Assembly: GCA_002269645.1 (NCBI GenBank)
Contig: NIVC01000812.1
Span: forward strand, 1-64,000
Origin: Macrostomum lignano
Lineage: Eukaryota
Length of the DNA stretch: 64,000 bases
Direction: 5' to 3'
Shown here: piece after piece, positions 22,101 through 39,243 of the stretch
Numbering within the stretch: position 1 is the first letter of the stretch
Layout: the number at the start of each line of letters is the position of its first letter
The notes under the pieces: generated by a model
The model's input: only the letters and a program-made list of their open reading frames with translations
Database searches by the model: none
Told to the model about the DNA's origin: nothing
Program-made: the position numbers and the translations under genes

Positions 22101-25006
22101 GGGAACCAGAGAGGGAATTAGGAACCTCCCTTCAATGTCCATCTACTAGTAAAATTGCCGCGAAACTCCGCCCACAGTCTGCCTACGCCGCCGGGCATCA
22201 GCGTGGAGGCCGCCGCCCACGCCAGCTCCCTGGTGCAGTCGCTGACACTGCGGCTGTACCGGTCTGGCCAGTACCAGCCGCCTGTCAACTTCCGCGTGCC
22301 GCCGCCCCGCGCCTCCCTGGTGGCTCTGGTGCGCGAGTGGCGCCTCAGCGGCTGCCCGCTTGACCCGCCGGAGCGCCGCGTCCGGACCTGCCCGCCCTGC
22401 GTCCACCTGGGCGTCAACGAGCTGGGCCCGTCCAGCCGCTGCGCTGAGGCCGTCGGCAGCGTGCAGTCCGAATGGCAACAGCTTTGCCACCTGGTGCAGG
22501 TGAGGACATTCGCGTCTGTAATCTTTCCACTCTCCTTAAATCTCCACCCTCCCTACATTTCCACCCTCTCAGCATCTCCACCTTCTCAGCATCTCCACCC
22601 TCCCTGCATCTCCACCCTCCCTGCATCTTCACCCTCTCTGCATCTCCACTCTCCCTGCATCTCCACCCTCTCTGCATCTCCACCCTCCCTGCATCTCCAC
22701 CTTCCCTGCATCTCCACCCCCTGCATTTCCACCCTCTCTGCATCTTCACCCTCCCTGCATATCCAACCCTGCATCTCCACCCTCTCTGCATCTCCACCCT
22801 CCCTGCATCTCCACCTTCCCTGCATCTCCACCCCCTGCATTTCCACCCTCTCTGCATCTTCACCCTCCCTGCATATCCAACCCTGCATCTCCACCCTCCC
22901 TGCATCTTCCCCTGAGTATGCCCTCTGCTTTGACTCCTTCTGTCTCATTGTTAAAGCCGTGCCCTCCTGTCCCGACGCCACCCAGATGTGCCTGCCGCTG
23001 ACCCGGCGCTCCAACTGGCCGCCGGACACCTGCCTGGTCTCCTTCGGCTTCCCCGGCCTGCGGATCGCCTACGGCCCCGTTCGCGACGAGGAAGGCGTCC
23101 CAGTGTGGGAGATGCACATGATCCAGAAGGCCGCCGCCGGCCAGAAGCCGGACATCTACATCAACTTCGTCAGCCGCCGGCCGTCCGCCCCTAATCCGCA
23201 TTTTCCAGTCCGAGAGCAGCTGTCCAAGGACTTTCTCAGGCATCACAGCGTGCTGCACCTGCTGCGCCAGCTCGCCTCCTCCTATCAGGCCCTGGCGCCT
23301 CTGGCCTGCCTGGCTGGCGGCTGGCACATCAGCCCGCAGCTCACCTGCTGCCGCCAGACTGTCCTACTGGCACATCCCTACCGACTGCAGCTTGAGCACC
23401 GCGGCAGAGTCACCCTCTCTGTCCGTCTGGACGCTGACAACTGCGTCCGTCTGGCGTCGCCTCAGCTGACCCCGCTGCAGCTCATCCGCCTGCACCCGGC
23501 CGCCCGGATTGACAGCGACCAGTCCGTGGCCCTGCCGGCCGCTGATTGGGCCGATCTCAGGCCGCACCATTGGCTGGCCTGCGCTTGCCAATTCTTGGCT
23601 CTGTGTCAGGTGAGAACTCCAGGGATACAATTGTGCGGGGCCCTCGGAGCAATATTGATACGAGCTAGGGAAGCTCTTTGGGAGCCCCATCCTATTGACT
23701 CGAGCCTCAGCCTCTCGTTGAAGCCCCATCCTTTCACTAAGATCCGCATCCTTTAAGACACACATCTCGTTAGGAGCCACATCCAACTTTCGTCGAGAGC
23801 CCAACCTACTCCCTTTAGAGTCTCATCAAACTCTCGTTGAGAGCCCTATCCTACTCCCGTTGAGAGCCTCATCAAACTCTCGTTGAGAGCCCTATCCTAA
23901 TCCCGTTGAGAGCCTCATCAAACTCTCGTTGAGAGCCCCATCCTACTCCCTTCAAGAGCCTCAGCAAACTGGTTGAGAGCCCCATCCTACTCCCTTCGAG
24001 AGCCTCAGCAAACTCGTTGAGAGCCCCATCCTACTCCCTTCAAGAGCCTCAGCAATCTCGTTAATAACCCCATCCTACTCCCTTCGAGAGCCTCATCAAA
24101 CTCTCGTTCAAAGCCCCATCCTTATCCCGTTGAGAGTCTCATCAAACTCTCGTTGAGAGCCCCATCCTACTCCCATTGGGAGCCCCATAAAGCCTGTTAA
24201 AAGCTGCATTCTCTCCTTGTGAGCCACATCCTTTTGTTTAGAAGCTCCTTCAGAGATCCTCATCTAACATAATGAGGCTCATTAATGTATTAATGAGGCA
24301 TAATGGTAAAAAATAATAATGATATTTTGCGATTTCGCAGTCCTGCGAGCGCCAGCAGCAGCAGCGGCACGAACTCCTGGACGATGGCTGCCTTCTGACT
24401 CTGCGCACCGAACGGCTGGGCTGTCTGAATGTCCGCCTCTGTCTCGAAGGCGTCCTCTGCCACGTAGACGCCGGGGAGCCCGCCCTGGCCACCTTCGTCC
24501 AGCGCCTGCTGTTCCACCCGCCCTACCGCTGGCAGGCTGTGGCCTCCCTTCAGGCCCTGCTGTGCAGCCCGGGAGCTCTCAGGGCCTGTCTCTGCCTGGA
24601 GGATCCTCGGCTGCTGCCGCCGCCTAACAAGCCGCTGCTCACCCAGCTGCAGCTGCTGACAGTCAAGGACTACCCGAGCACGCAGTTCTACCGGCTGGGC
24701 ATGCCCGCAGTTGGCATCTACCTGCTGCACGACCAGCGGCCCGAGCTGTACTTCAGCCTGTTGCTAACGGACTCGGAGTCCCGCCGCTGCCTGTCAATCA
24801 TGATCCTCTACGACGAATTGAAGAACGACGCCAAATTGTTTAATCCGTTCGCTGCTAGCGGCGGCGGCGGCCTGATTGCGGCTGCGCTGATGCGGCTGGA
24901 CGCGGAGGCGATCAAGCCGGTGCAGACTGCCTGCGGCGGCGAGGGCCGCGAGTGCTCGCTGCCGCATCTGTTCCGGGCCATCGCGTCTGGGCGCTGGATC
25001 CAGTGA
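19057..25006 (+). CDS. MED14: Mediator subunit 14; exons 19057-19734, 19818-20326, 20662-21558, 22178-22499, 22986-23609, 24341-25006 (~1231 aa)
   Basis: IPLARVIEFTCQKAYTDLNLLSELL...ERKIELVKYLSRVRYTLIRLLALVKWA...RLPPFATIMAVDV is the Med14 N-terminal domain. All junctions phase-consistent; the exon 5 acceptor was inferred by phase. Confidence 0.92.
20381..20600. repeat. 22-bp minisatellite (CTGACCTGTCAGTGTGACAATT), ~10 copies, MED14 intron 2
   Basis: Direct inspection. Confidence 0.92.
21645..22121. repeat. Purine-rich ~21-23-bp minisatellite (GGGAATTAGGGAAGCCAGAGA), MED14 intron 3
   Basis: Direct inspection. Confidence 0.9.
22535..22912. repeat. Pyrimidine-rich repeat (CTGCATCTCCACCCTC-like) with higher-order duplication, MED14 intron 4
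   Basis: Direct inspection; periodic ORF translations. Confidence 0.88.
23760..24185. repeat. ~44-46-bp minisatellite (GAGAGCCCCATCCTACTCCC...), MED14 intron 5
   Basis: Direct inspection. Confidence 0.85.
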
Positions 25007-25149
25007 TGCAGTTTGTACATTGCCAAGTCTAGTTTGCTGCCGAGTTTTCTGTGTGTTTGCCCTTGCACTGCTTTAGGAATCTTACTCTTACACATCCCAA
25101 ATCCTATTTAAATCGTTATGACAGGCACAGAGAAGTTCTCAAATCAATA

Positions 25150-25510
25150 TGAAAGGTCCTCAAATCACAGAGGTCCTTAAATCACAGAGGTCCTCAAATC
25201 ACAGAGGTCCTCAAATCACAGAGGTCCTTTAATCACAGAGGTCCTCAAATCACAGAGGTCCTCAAATCACAGAGGTCCTTAAATCACAGAGGTCCTCAAA
25301 TCACAGAGGTCCTTTAATCACAGAGGTCCTCAAATCACAGAGGTCCTTTAATCACAGAGGTCCTCAAATCACAGAGGTCCTCAAATCACAGAGTTCTTCA
25401 AATCACAGAGGTCCTTAATTCACACAGGTCCTCAAATCACACAGAGTGGTCCTCAAATCACACAAAGTGGTCCTCAAATCACACTAAAGGTGGTCCTCAA
25501 ATCACACAGG
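25150..25510. repeat. 17-bp minisatellite (CACAGAGGTCCTCAAAT) downstream of MED14
   Basis: Direct inspection. Confidence 0.92.
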
Positions 25511-26071
25511 TACTCATATCACCATGAGATTTGCATACCAGTGAAAGCTAGTAAAAAGCTTCCAGCTTACTTAAAGTAGCATTTCAAAGTTGCTCTAGGC
25601 ATTGTTTATATTATTTAATTTAACTGTGTTGTCGCTTGTCGTTTCTCCAACTATTATATAAAATTTCGCTCGCAATCAAAATGTGTACGATTTTGATGTT
25701 GAGTATTGAGAAAATTTGTTAGCATGTACAGATCATATCTAACGCTAAAGTAGTTAAAGTTTTCCACATTTGCGTTCATGTCGCGTGTTCGTTAATTTTT
25801 TATCGAAATTTCACTCTTGAATATTGCAATTTCCATTATTTTGTTATACTACTTGTTCTCCTCATACTACTTGTTCTGTTTAACAACTACAAATTCTGCT
25901 GCGCTTCGTTGCTGGTGTTGCTCTGTCTGTTGTCTCTGAGCACAGCTAATTAAACTGGTGTCCACACGGCTATTGAAGTATCTCGCTGTCCTTGATTTTC
26001 ATTTCTTTACTCGTACTGAAATTAAAAATCCTTTGTTTATGTGTTTAGGATTTAATTATCCGATGTTTTCC

Positions 26072-27405
26072 ACAATCTACCGATTCACTCAACAATCTAC
26101 CGATTCACTCCGCAATCTACCGATTCACTCCGCAATCTACCGATTCACTCCGCAATTAATCTACCGATTCACTCCGCAATCTACCGATTCACTCCACAAT
26201 CTACCGATTCACTCCACAATCTACCGATTCACTCCGCAATCTACCGATTCACTCCCCAATCTACCGATTCACTCAACAATCTACCGATTCACTCCTCAAT
26301 CTACCGATTCACTCCCCAATCTACCGATTCACTCCACAATCTACCGATTCACTCCCCAATCTACCGATTCACTCCACAATCTACCGATTCACTCCACAAT
26401 CTACCGATTCACTCCACAATCTACCGATTCACTCCACAATCTACCGATTCACTCCACAATCTACCGATTCACTAAAAAATCTACCTATTCACTCCGCAAT
26501 CTACCGATTCACTCCACTATCTACCGATTCACTCCACAATCTACCGATTCACTCCACAATCTACCGAACCGATTCACTCCGCAATTAATCTACCGATTCA
26601 CTCCGCAATTAATTTACCGATTCACTCCACAATCTACCTATTCACTCCGCAATCTACCGATTCACTCCACAATCTACCGATTCACTCCGCAATCTACCGA
26701 TTCACTCCACAATCTACCGATTCACTCCACAATCTACCGATTCACTCCCCAATCTACCGATTCACTCCCCAATCTACCGATTCACTCCACAATCTACCGA
26801 TTCACTCCGCAATCTACTGATTCACTCCACAATCTACCGATTCACTCCACAATCTACCGATTCACTTCACAATCTACCGATTCACTCCACAATCTACCGA
26901 TTCACTCCCCAATCTACCGATTCACTCCCCAATCTACCGATTCACTCCGCAATCTACCGATTCACTCCGCAATCTACCGATTCACTCCGCAATTAATCTA
27001 CCGATTCACTCCGCAATCTACCGATTCACTCCCCAATCTACCGATTCACTCCCCAATCTACCGATTCACTCCACAATCTACCGATTCACTCCCCAATCTA
27101 CCGATTCACTCCCCAATCTACCGATTCACTCCACAATCTACCGATTCACTCCCCAATCTACCGATTCACTCCCCAATCTACCGATTCACTCCACAATCTA
27201 CCGATTCACTCCACAATCTACCGATTCACTCCACAATCTACCGATTCACTCCACAATCTACCGATTCACTCCACAATCTACCGATTCACTCCACAATCTA
27301 CCGATTCACTCCACAATCTACCGATTCACTCCTCAATCTACCGATTCACTCCACAATCTACCGATTCAATCAACAATCTACCGATTCACTCCGCAATCTA
27401 CCGAT
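26072..27405. repeat. 20-bp minisatellite (CTACCGATTCACTCCACAAT), ~65 copies, ending 12 nt before the TRAPPC5 ATG
   Basis: Direct inspection. Confidence 0.95.
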
Positions 27406-27417
27406 GCCTCGCTAAGC

Positions 27418-27978
27418 ATGTCGCAGCTGTCCCGATCTCCGCTAGACCGGTCGCTGCTCCGCCCCAAGACGGACCTGCCGCTGGCCACCTTCAGCCTGCT
27501 GCTGTCCGAGATGATCAAGTACTCGAACGGCCGCTCTCGCACGGTGCAGGAGCTGCAGTCCAAGCTGGCGGACTTCGGACGCCACATCGGCAGTCGGTCG
27601 CTGGATCTGCTGTTCTTCCGCGAGCGCAATGGCCGCCGCGAGCTCCGGCTGAAGAACGCACTGTTCCTGGTGAAATCCAGTCTGTGGCGGATGCTGTTCG
27701 GCAAGGACTGCGACGACCTTGAGCAGAGCACCGACGACGAGCGAACCTTCTACTTTGTTGAGCGGGAGCCCGTCACCAACAGGTTCGTGTCCTTCAGCCA
27801 GAAGGCCGACACCAACGTGAACTGCGCCGCTTTCATCGGCGGCGTGCTGGAGGGGGCCCTGTGCTCCGCCGGCTTCCAGTGCCAGGTGGCCACGTTCTTC
27901 TCCAACGATGTCACCTATTATGAGGTGAAGTTTGAGCCCTCAGTGCTCACCAGGGACCGGTCGCTAGACTCTCGTTGA
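27418..27978 (+). CDS. TRAPPC5: TRAPP complex subunit 5, single coding exon, 186 aa
   Basis: LATFSLLLSEMIKYS...ELQSKLADFGRHIG...VKSSLWRMLFGK...DDERTFYFVEREP...NCAAFIGGVLEGAL...F V.RD. Confidence 0.95.
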   Translation: MSQLSRSPLDRSLLRPKTDLPLATFSLLLSEMIKYSNGRSRTVQELQSKLADFGRHIGSRSLDLLFFRERNGRRELRLKNALFLVKSSLWRMLFGKDCDDLEQSTDDERTFYFVEREPVTNRFVSFSQKADTNVNCAAFIGGVLEGALCSAGFQCQVATFFSNDVTYYEVKFEPSVLTRDRSLDSR

Positions 27979-28299
27979 TTGATTAGTCAATAAACCCATG
28001 ATTGTTAAAACTAAAATTGCGACCCTGTCTCAATATTATATTGTATGCAGTATTCCATTGGCATTGTTGAGCGTCTCTGCTTGTTTGTGATATGAAATAC
28101 GTGTACAATTATGGCAATAAATTCTGTACTTGTGAGCCGAAATACTCTAAGCGAGTTTGTGTTGGTTTTCGCTTCTTTGCTACTTACAAGAAGTAGTAGA
28201 GTTAAAAAAGGATTCAGTATAATTGTTAAAAGAATTCTGATAAGCAGACTGCTGAGAGGCGGTGAAGTAGAGAGGCCTCAGAGATAAGGTACGTTTAGG

Positions 28300-28840
28300 A
28301 TGATTATAGAGGAGATTAGGCTAATAGGAGGAGATTAAACTGAGAGGAGAGATTAGGCTGAGAGGAAAGGAGATTAGGCTGAGAGAAGTGAAGGTTAGGC
28401 TGAGAGGATATAGGCTGAGAGGAGAGAAGCTTAGGCTGAGAGGAGAGGAGATTAGGCTGAGAGGAGAGATTAGGCTGAGAGGAAATGAGATTAGGCTGAG
28501 AGGAGAGAAGCTTAGGCTGAGAGGAGAGGAGATTAGGCTGAGAGGAGAGGAGATTAGGCTGAGAGGAGTGAGGGTTAGGCTGAGAGGAGAGAAGCTTGGG
28601 CTGAGAGGAGAGGAGATTGGGCTGAGAGAAGAGGAGATTAGGCTGAGAGGAGAGGAGATTAGGCTGATAGGAGAGAAACTTTGGCTGAGAGAAGAGGAGA
28701 TTAGGCTGAGAGAAAAGGAGATTGGGCTGAGAGAAGAGGAGATTAGGCTGAGAGGAGAGGAGATTAGGCTGATAGGAGAGAAACTTTGGCTGAGAGAAGA
28801 GGAGATTAGGCTGAGAGGAGAGGAGATTAAGCTGAGAAGT
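28300..28840. repeat. ~21-bp purine-rich minisatellite (GCTGAGAGGAGAGGAGATTAG) between TRAPPC5 and CAPN7
   Basis: Direct inspection. Confidence 0.9.
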
Positions 28841-28946
28841 GTGCTCAGAGACAACCTGAAAGCTAGAGAATGCTCAGCAGTGTAAAAGTGCACACGCGGA
28901 CCCCTCCAGCCTGTCGCAGCGGGCCGCGGCCGCACTGTTATAGAGC

Positions 28947-34102
<5,156 letters not shown>

Positions 34103-34954
34103 CCGGCCGGACCGTCACCTGAGTAAAAATTTCATGTTTCTCTGAGAAAATTCATATTTCTTCTCGGCTGATAAGTTGGTTACGCTACATATCGGTAGTT
34201 TCAGAATTCTATATACTAAAATTGTTTCTAAATTCAATCTACTTAAAAGCATATAATAAAAAATTTTCCCACCTGCAAATTTGGGGTTCATGTTGATTAC
34301 GCTACATATCGGTAGTTTAGGAAATTAGGTTGACTCTTATATACCGTAAACAAAGTGACAAGTTGATCTGACATAAATTTAAGACCCTGAGCTTTGATCT
34401 TCAGGTAAAGGCTTTGCAGTAGTTTTTCAAAGTTAATTTCGCAACATATCGGTAGTGAGGCCCGTTTGAATTACTTAGAATAAAAGTGTTACTGCTATTG
34501 ACTATGTACTTAACCTCCTGTTTTTAAGTTTATTTAAAATTTTTATTGGTTTGAGGATCATATAGGACACTATGAGGACACTTTTGGCAACTCAGTTTGC
34601 CTTGTTAACTTACGAAGTATTGTAATAATAAGTCATTAGCATCAACCAACCTATGAGTTCTGTGATGCTTTCTTCCGGGCTTATATTAACTCGCAAACAG
34701 AGAGTTATGCTGGAGCTGCGCATTGTGCGCGACTTGTGAATTGAATTTTATTTTTGCCTCTGGTGCTCGACTTATAAATATAAATAGTTTCCAGGTACCC
34801 AATTTGCTATTGATTGCCACTGTACTTTATTCAGATCTGAAATTTACTTACTAAAAGTATCATTTAAAGTACATTTGCAGCTGATTGCTATTAGATTGTG
34901 TTTGAGTTAACTCTGCTTATTTTATCTTGCTTAAGAGCCTTCTTTGATTTGTTA

Positions 34955-34956
<2 letters not shown>

Positions 34957-35019
<63 letters not shown>
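34957..35019. repeat. (GT)n microsatellite
   Basis: Direct inspection. Confidence 0.95.
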
Positions 35020-35022
<3 letters not shown>

Positions 35023-35156
35023 ATAACAAATTAACATTTAATTTTGAATTGTAAATAAATGTGTTTAAAATATGTTCTTTAGCCTAAATATTCTTCTCTG
35101 ACTTACTAAATACTTTCATGATCGTGTTCTTCAAATTTAGAGTATAAAAACCTAGG

Positions 35157-35756
35157 CACAGATCACAGTGCCAGTCACAGCATGCACAGATCACAGTGCC
35201 AGTCACAGCATGCACAGATCACAGTGCCAGTCACAGCATGCACAGATCACACTGCCAGTCACAGCCTGCACAGATCACAGTGCCAGTCACAGCCTGCACA
35301 GATCACAGTGCCAGTCACAGCACGGATCACAGTGCCAGTCACAGCATGCACAGATGGCAGTGCCAGTCACAGCACGGATCACAGTGCCAGTCACAGCATA
35401 CACAGATCACAGTGCCAGTCACAGCACGGATCACAGTGCCAGTCACAGCACAGATCACAGTGCCAGTCACAGCACAGATCACAGTGCCAGTCACAGCATA
35501 CACAGATCACAGTGCCAGTCACAGCATACACAGATCACAGTGCCAGTCACAGCATAGACAGATTACAGTGCCAGTCACAGCATAGACAGATTACAGTGCC
35601 AGTCACAGCATAGACAGATTACAGTGCCAGTCACAGCATAGACAGATTACAGTGCCAGTCACAGCATACACAGATCACAGTGCCATTCACAGCACAGATC
35701 ACAGTTCCAGTCACAGCATACACAGATCACAGTGCCAGTCACAGCACAGATCACAG
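35157..35756. repeat. 24-28-bp minisatellite (CACAGATCACAGTGCCAGTCACAGCA) just upstream of MRPL19
   Basis: Direct inspection. Confidence 0.93.
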
Positions 35757-35795
35757 GGCCAAACTCCTGTTTATGCTGCCAGCATCCAGCTAGAG

Positions 35796-38177
35796 ATGCC
35801 ACCAGCGCCATCAGCAGCAGCTGGCAGCTGCGCTCTGTCCCTGGGCTCCAGGTTCCTCTTCGGCTGCCGAGTGACCGCCGCCCACCGGTTCGCCGCTTCG
35901 CCTGTCCAGCCTCCATCGCCGCTGCATCAGCAGCCGCATCTCCAGCCGTGCCGCCAGGGCCGCCGCTGGCTCCGGCCTGAATTCCGCGGGGTGTACAAGC
36001 CGCGCCTGTCGCCGGAGGCCATGAAGGAGTTCTGGCGCCTGTCGGGCATCGGGCCGGACCACAGCCGGGCCAAGGTGGCCGACCAACAGGCCGAGGTGCC
36101 GCCGGAGATCAAGCGGCTGTACCAGGAGGCGCTGCCACCCATAGTGAGCCAGGACTACCGCGACCCCATTGTGGAGTCGCTGCACCGGGCCGAGATGATG
36201 CGGCGACGGCGGGTCATCAACATACCGGAGTTCCACGTCGGCTCCATTCTTGCCGTCAGCGTGATGGACAAGCACGCGCCTAACAAGGTTGGCGGGCCTT
36301 CCTTTCGCTTCGATCAATCTGCTGACTTAACTCCTTAATCGCCCCTTCAATTCCAAAGAATCGCCCATTAAATATCAAAGAATCGCCCCTTCAATCTCAA
36401 AGAATCGCCCCTTCAATCTCAAAGAATCGCCCCTTCAATCTCAAAGAATCGCCCCTTCAATCTCAAAGAATCGCCCTTTCAATCTCAAAGAATCGCCCCT
36501 TCAATCCCAAGGAATCGCCCTTTCAATCTCAAAGAATCGCCCCTTCAATCCCAAGGAATCGCCCTTTCAATCTCAAAGAATCGCCCTTTCAATCTCAAAG
36601 AATCGCCCTTTCAATCTCAAAGAATCGCCCCTTCAATCTCAAAGAATCGTTCCTTGAATCTCAAAGAATCGCCCTTTCAATCTCAAAGAATCGCCCCTTC
36701 AATCTCAAAGAATCGTTCCTTGAATCTCAAAGAATCGCCCCTTCAATCTCAAAGAATCGTTCCTTGAATCTCAAAGAATTGCCCCTTCAATCTCAAAGAA
36801 TCGTTCCTTGAATCTCAAAGAATTGCCCCTTCAATCTCAAAGAATCGCCCCTTAAATCCCAAGGAATGGCCTTTTCAACGGCTCCCATTGCACATGCTAA
36901 GATCTGACATCTAACATGCAATATACTACTCACTACACTGAGTATCGAATCCCATTGCTCGTTCCAACCCTATTCCAGGTGAACCGTTTTGTTGGCCTGT
37001 GCATCCTGCGAAGGCACACCGGCCTCTTCACCACATTCACCCTGCGCAATATGGTCGACCAGGTGTGCGTGCAGATCGAATACGAGCTCTACAGCCCCAG
37101 CATCGTGTCCATCCAGCTGCTGAAGCTCGAGCGTCGCCTTGACGACAATCTGCTGTACCTGATGGACGCGCCGCATAGTCACTGCACGATCCCCTTCGAC
37201 ATGGTGCCGGAACCGTATTCGCGCAACGACCCGGTGCCCGTCAATAGGGAGCGGGTGAGTGGGATTCGAATCACCATCAGTCCCGAGTTCGAATCCTCGT
37301 GCTCACCATCAGTCCCGAGTTCGAATTCCAGTGCTCACCATCAGTCCCGAGTTCGAATCCCAATGCATCAGTCCCGAGTTCGAATCCTAGTGCTCACCAT
37401 CAGTCCCGAGTTCGAATCCTAGTGCTCACCATCAGTCCCGAGTTCGAATCCTAGTGCTCACCATCAGTCCCGAGTTCGAATCCTAGTGCTCACCATCAGT
37501 CCCGAGTTCACCATCAGTCCCGAGTTCGAATCCTAGTGCTCAACATTAGTCCCGAGTTCGAATACTAGTGCTCACCATCAGTCCCAAGTTCGAATCCCAG
37601 TGCATCAGTCCCGAGTTCGAATTCCTATCTTCACTTTCGCTTCAATCCAGATTTTGAATCCCGGTGTTTACATTCCCGAGTTTTTATGCTTGGTGTACAT
37701 TGGTGTAGTCCTGAGTTCGAATCGCTATACCATATAAATGAGTTCTAATCTGCCGGGCAGTCGATCTTAAGCCCTTAGCTCGAATCCTGGGTGACACAAA
37801 CAAGTCTTGTCAACATACGTGTAGGTCTAATACTACCTAAGTTACATGCAAGCATCCGGAATTCTGCCCTCCAGGTGCGGCTGAACCCGCCACCCTGGAT
37901 GTGCAAGTGGCACCTGCACGGCTACCAGGGCATAGACCTGGAGCACCTGTACAGCTACCTGAGCGACAAAGACGTTGCCAAAGCAATCGAATTCTCAAAG
38001 GCCTACAAGAGGTACGACCTGCTGGACCAGTACCTCAACAGGGTGCCCGTGCCCGATGCTGACTACGCCTTCAAGGACATCTTCATTCAGCACCAGGAGC
38101 TGCTCCAGCACCAGCAGCAGCAGCAGCAGTCCTCAAAAAAATCCGAAGTGATCAGCAAACTGACTGGCACAGCGTGA
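35796..38177 (+). CDS. MRPL19: Mitochondrial ribosomal protein L19 (bL19m); exons 35796-36287, 36979-37254, 37875-38177 (~356 aa)
   Basis: RRWLRPEF...EMMRRRRVINIPEFHVGSILAV...NRFVGLCILRRHTGLFTTFTLRN...YELYSPSIVSIQLLKLERRLDDNLLYLMDA...KYDL-like. The start ATG is the first in-frame ATG (less certain). Confidence 0.92.
36338..36870. repeat. 22-bp minisatellite (GAATCGCCCCTTCAATCTCAAA), MRPL19 intron 1
   Basis: Direct inspection. Confidence 0.93.
37264..37625. repeat. ~32-bp minisatellite (AGTCCCGAGTTCGAATCCTAGTGCTCACCATC), MRPL19 intron 2
   Basis: Direct inspection; 11 GTTCGAAT cores. Confidence 0.9.
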
Positions 38178-38518
38178 ATTCGGTGCCAGATTGCAGCAAC
38201 TGAAGCCATTATAATTATAATTGGTCCTACCTGTTGTTCTTGTTAGCTGAATTCGCATTCATATTTATCACCTGTTGATGCTTTTAGCATTTTGACTGCC
38301 TATGATGCGAGCAAGTCAAATACAGCCCTCACTAGGGTGACGGAGCTTGAGAGTGTGCTCCAGGCATTTACTGCTCTGGGAGCCATAAATTTTAGCTTTT
38401 GATTTTCTATTGATTTTTTATTGATTAGTCGGCGGAATGGGAAGAAAGATTCTTATTAATGCAAATGGTATTTTGTGTCTCATTAGGCTTGAACTAGTCG
38501 AGAACGTGTAGAGATCAA

Positions 38519-38655
38519 TAATAATAATAATTGAGTACACCTGCCCCAATTGGGCCAGACATCTCAGCCTGAAGGCTGCGTACGGCTGTTCAGTCCAAGG
38601 ACTGTTGGTTCGCCACACCCCCTCAATTACCCCAGCTACCCCACTCATTTTGGCG
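38519..38655 (-). mobile_element. SINE-like family A, copy 2 (3' part only)
   Basis: AATAATAATAATTGA.TACACCTGCCCCAATTGGGCCAG...GCGTACGGCTGTTCAGTCCAAGGACT...CCCTCAATTA shared with 2870-2990. Confidence 0.7.
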
Positions 38656-39243
38656 CCGCAGGCACTCCATTTATTATTGATTACCACAACGGGTCACAAG
38701 GTGGGGTGGGGGAAAAAAGCATTGGCATGTCCCCCATAGCTTTTACCGTGGGGGGCATGTCCCCTCTGTCCCCCCGGTGGCGACGCGCCTGCCCACTGGA
38801 AAACGACCTGCAGGAAATTCTCGTGCTCCCGACTCGACACAAAAGCAACTCACTGGCAATCAAATTGGATACGGGTATGAGTGATGCCAGCATTTTTCTG
38901 CATTAATTCGAGGGTACCGATTCACCGCCACAACTGCCACTGCACGACAGATGGAATTGACAATTCAGCACATCTGGTGCAATGCAGAGGACAGTCTTCT
39001 GGGATTCTGTCAGCATTCTCATCGCACTAAAATACTTGGTGTCCAGGTGTCCCGAAGAGCACGCAGAGTTGATTGCCACTCAAGCAGCTCTCCTGCATCA
39101 CTTCCTGGAGGCAGGTTTCTTTCTGACAAGCTGCTTCAAGATTTTTGGAGATAAAAATCCAAACAACGAGGCATGCGCTCGCAGAAACGGAGAGCCTGGC
39201 AGTTTAGACACCCACGTCTTGGAAAACCTTCATCAGGATGCGG

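Noticed and set aside
21645-22121. Interstitial telomere (TTAGGG in the units; TTAGGC at 28300-28840)
   Set aside because: Only one hexamer per ~21-bp unit, not tandem telomeric repeats.
19000-24730. Antisense ORFs over MED14, CAPN7, SLC2A and the GC-rich orphan genes
   Set aside because: Shadow ORFs expected from GC3-rich codon usage.
25958-27415. 485-aa ORF and other long periodic ORFs (1009, 28388, 30626, 32655, 35168, 48446, 51926, 63384)
   Set aside because: These are translations of tandem repeats lying in introns or spacers; the repeat units simply lack stops.
38657-38800. GC-rich MITE-like end (GGGGGCATGTCCCC...GGCGACGCGCCTGC)
   Set aside because: Only one convincing terminus; no matching TIR or TSD.
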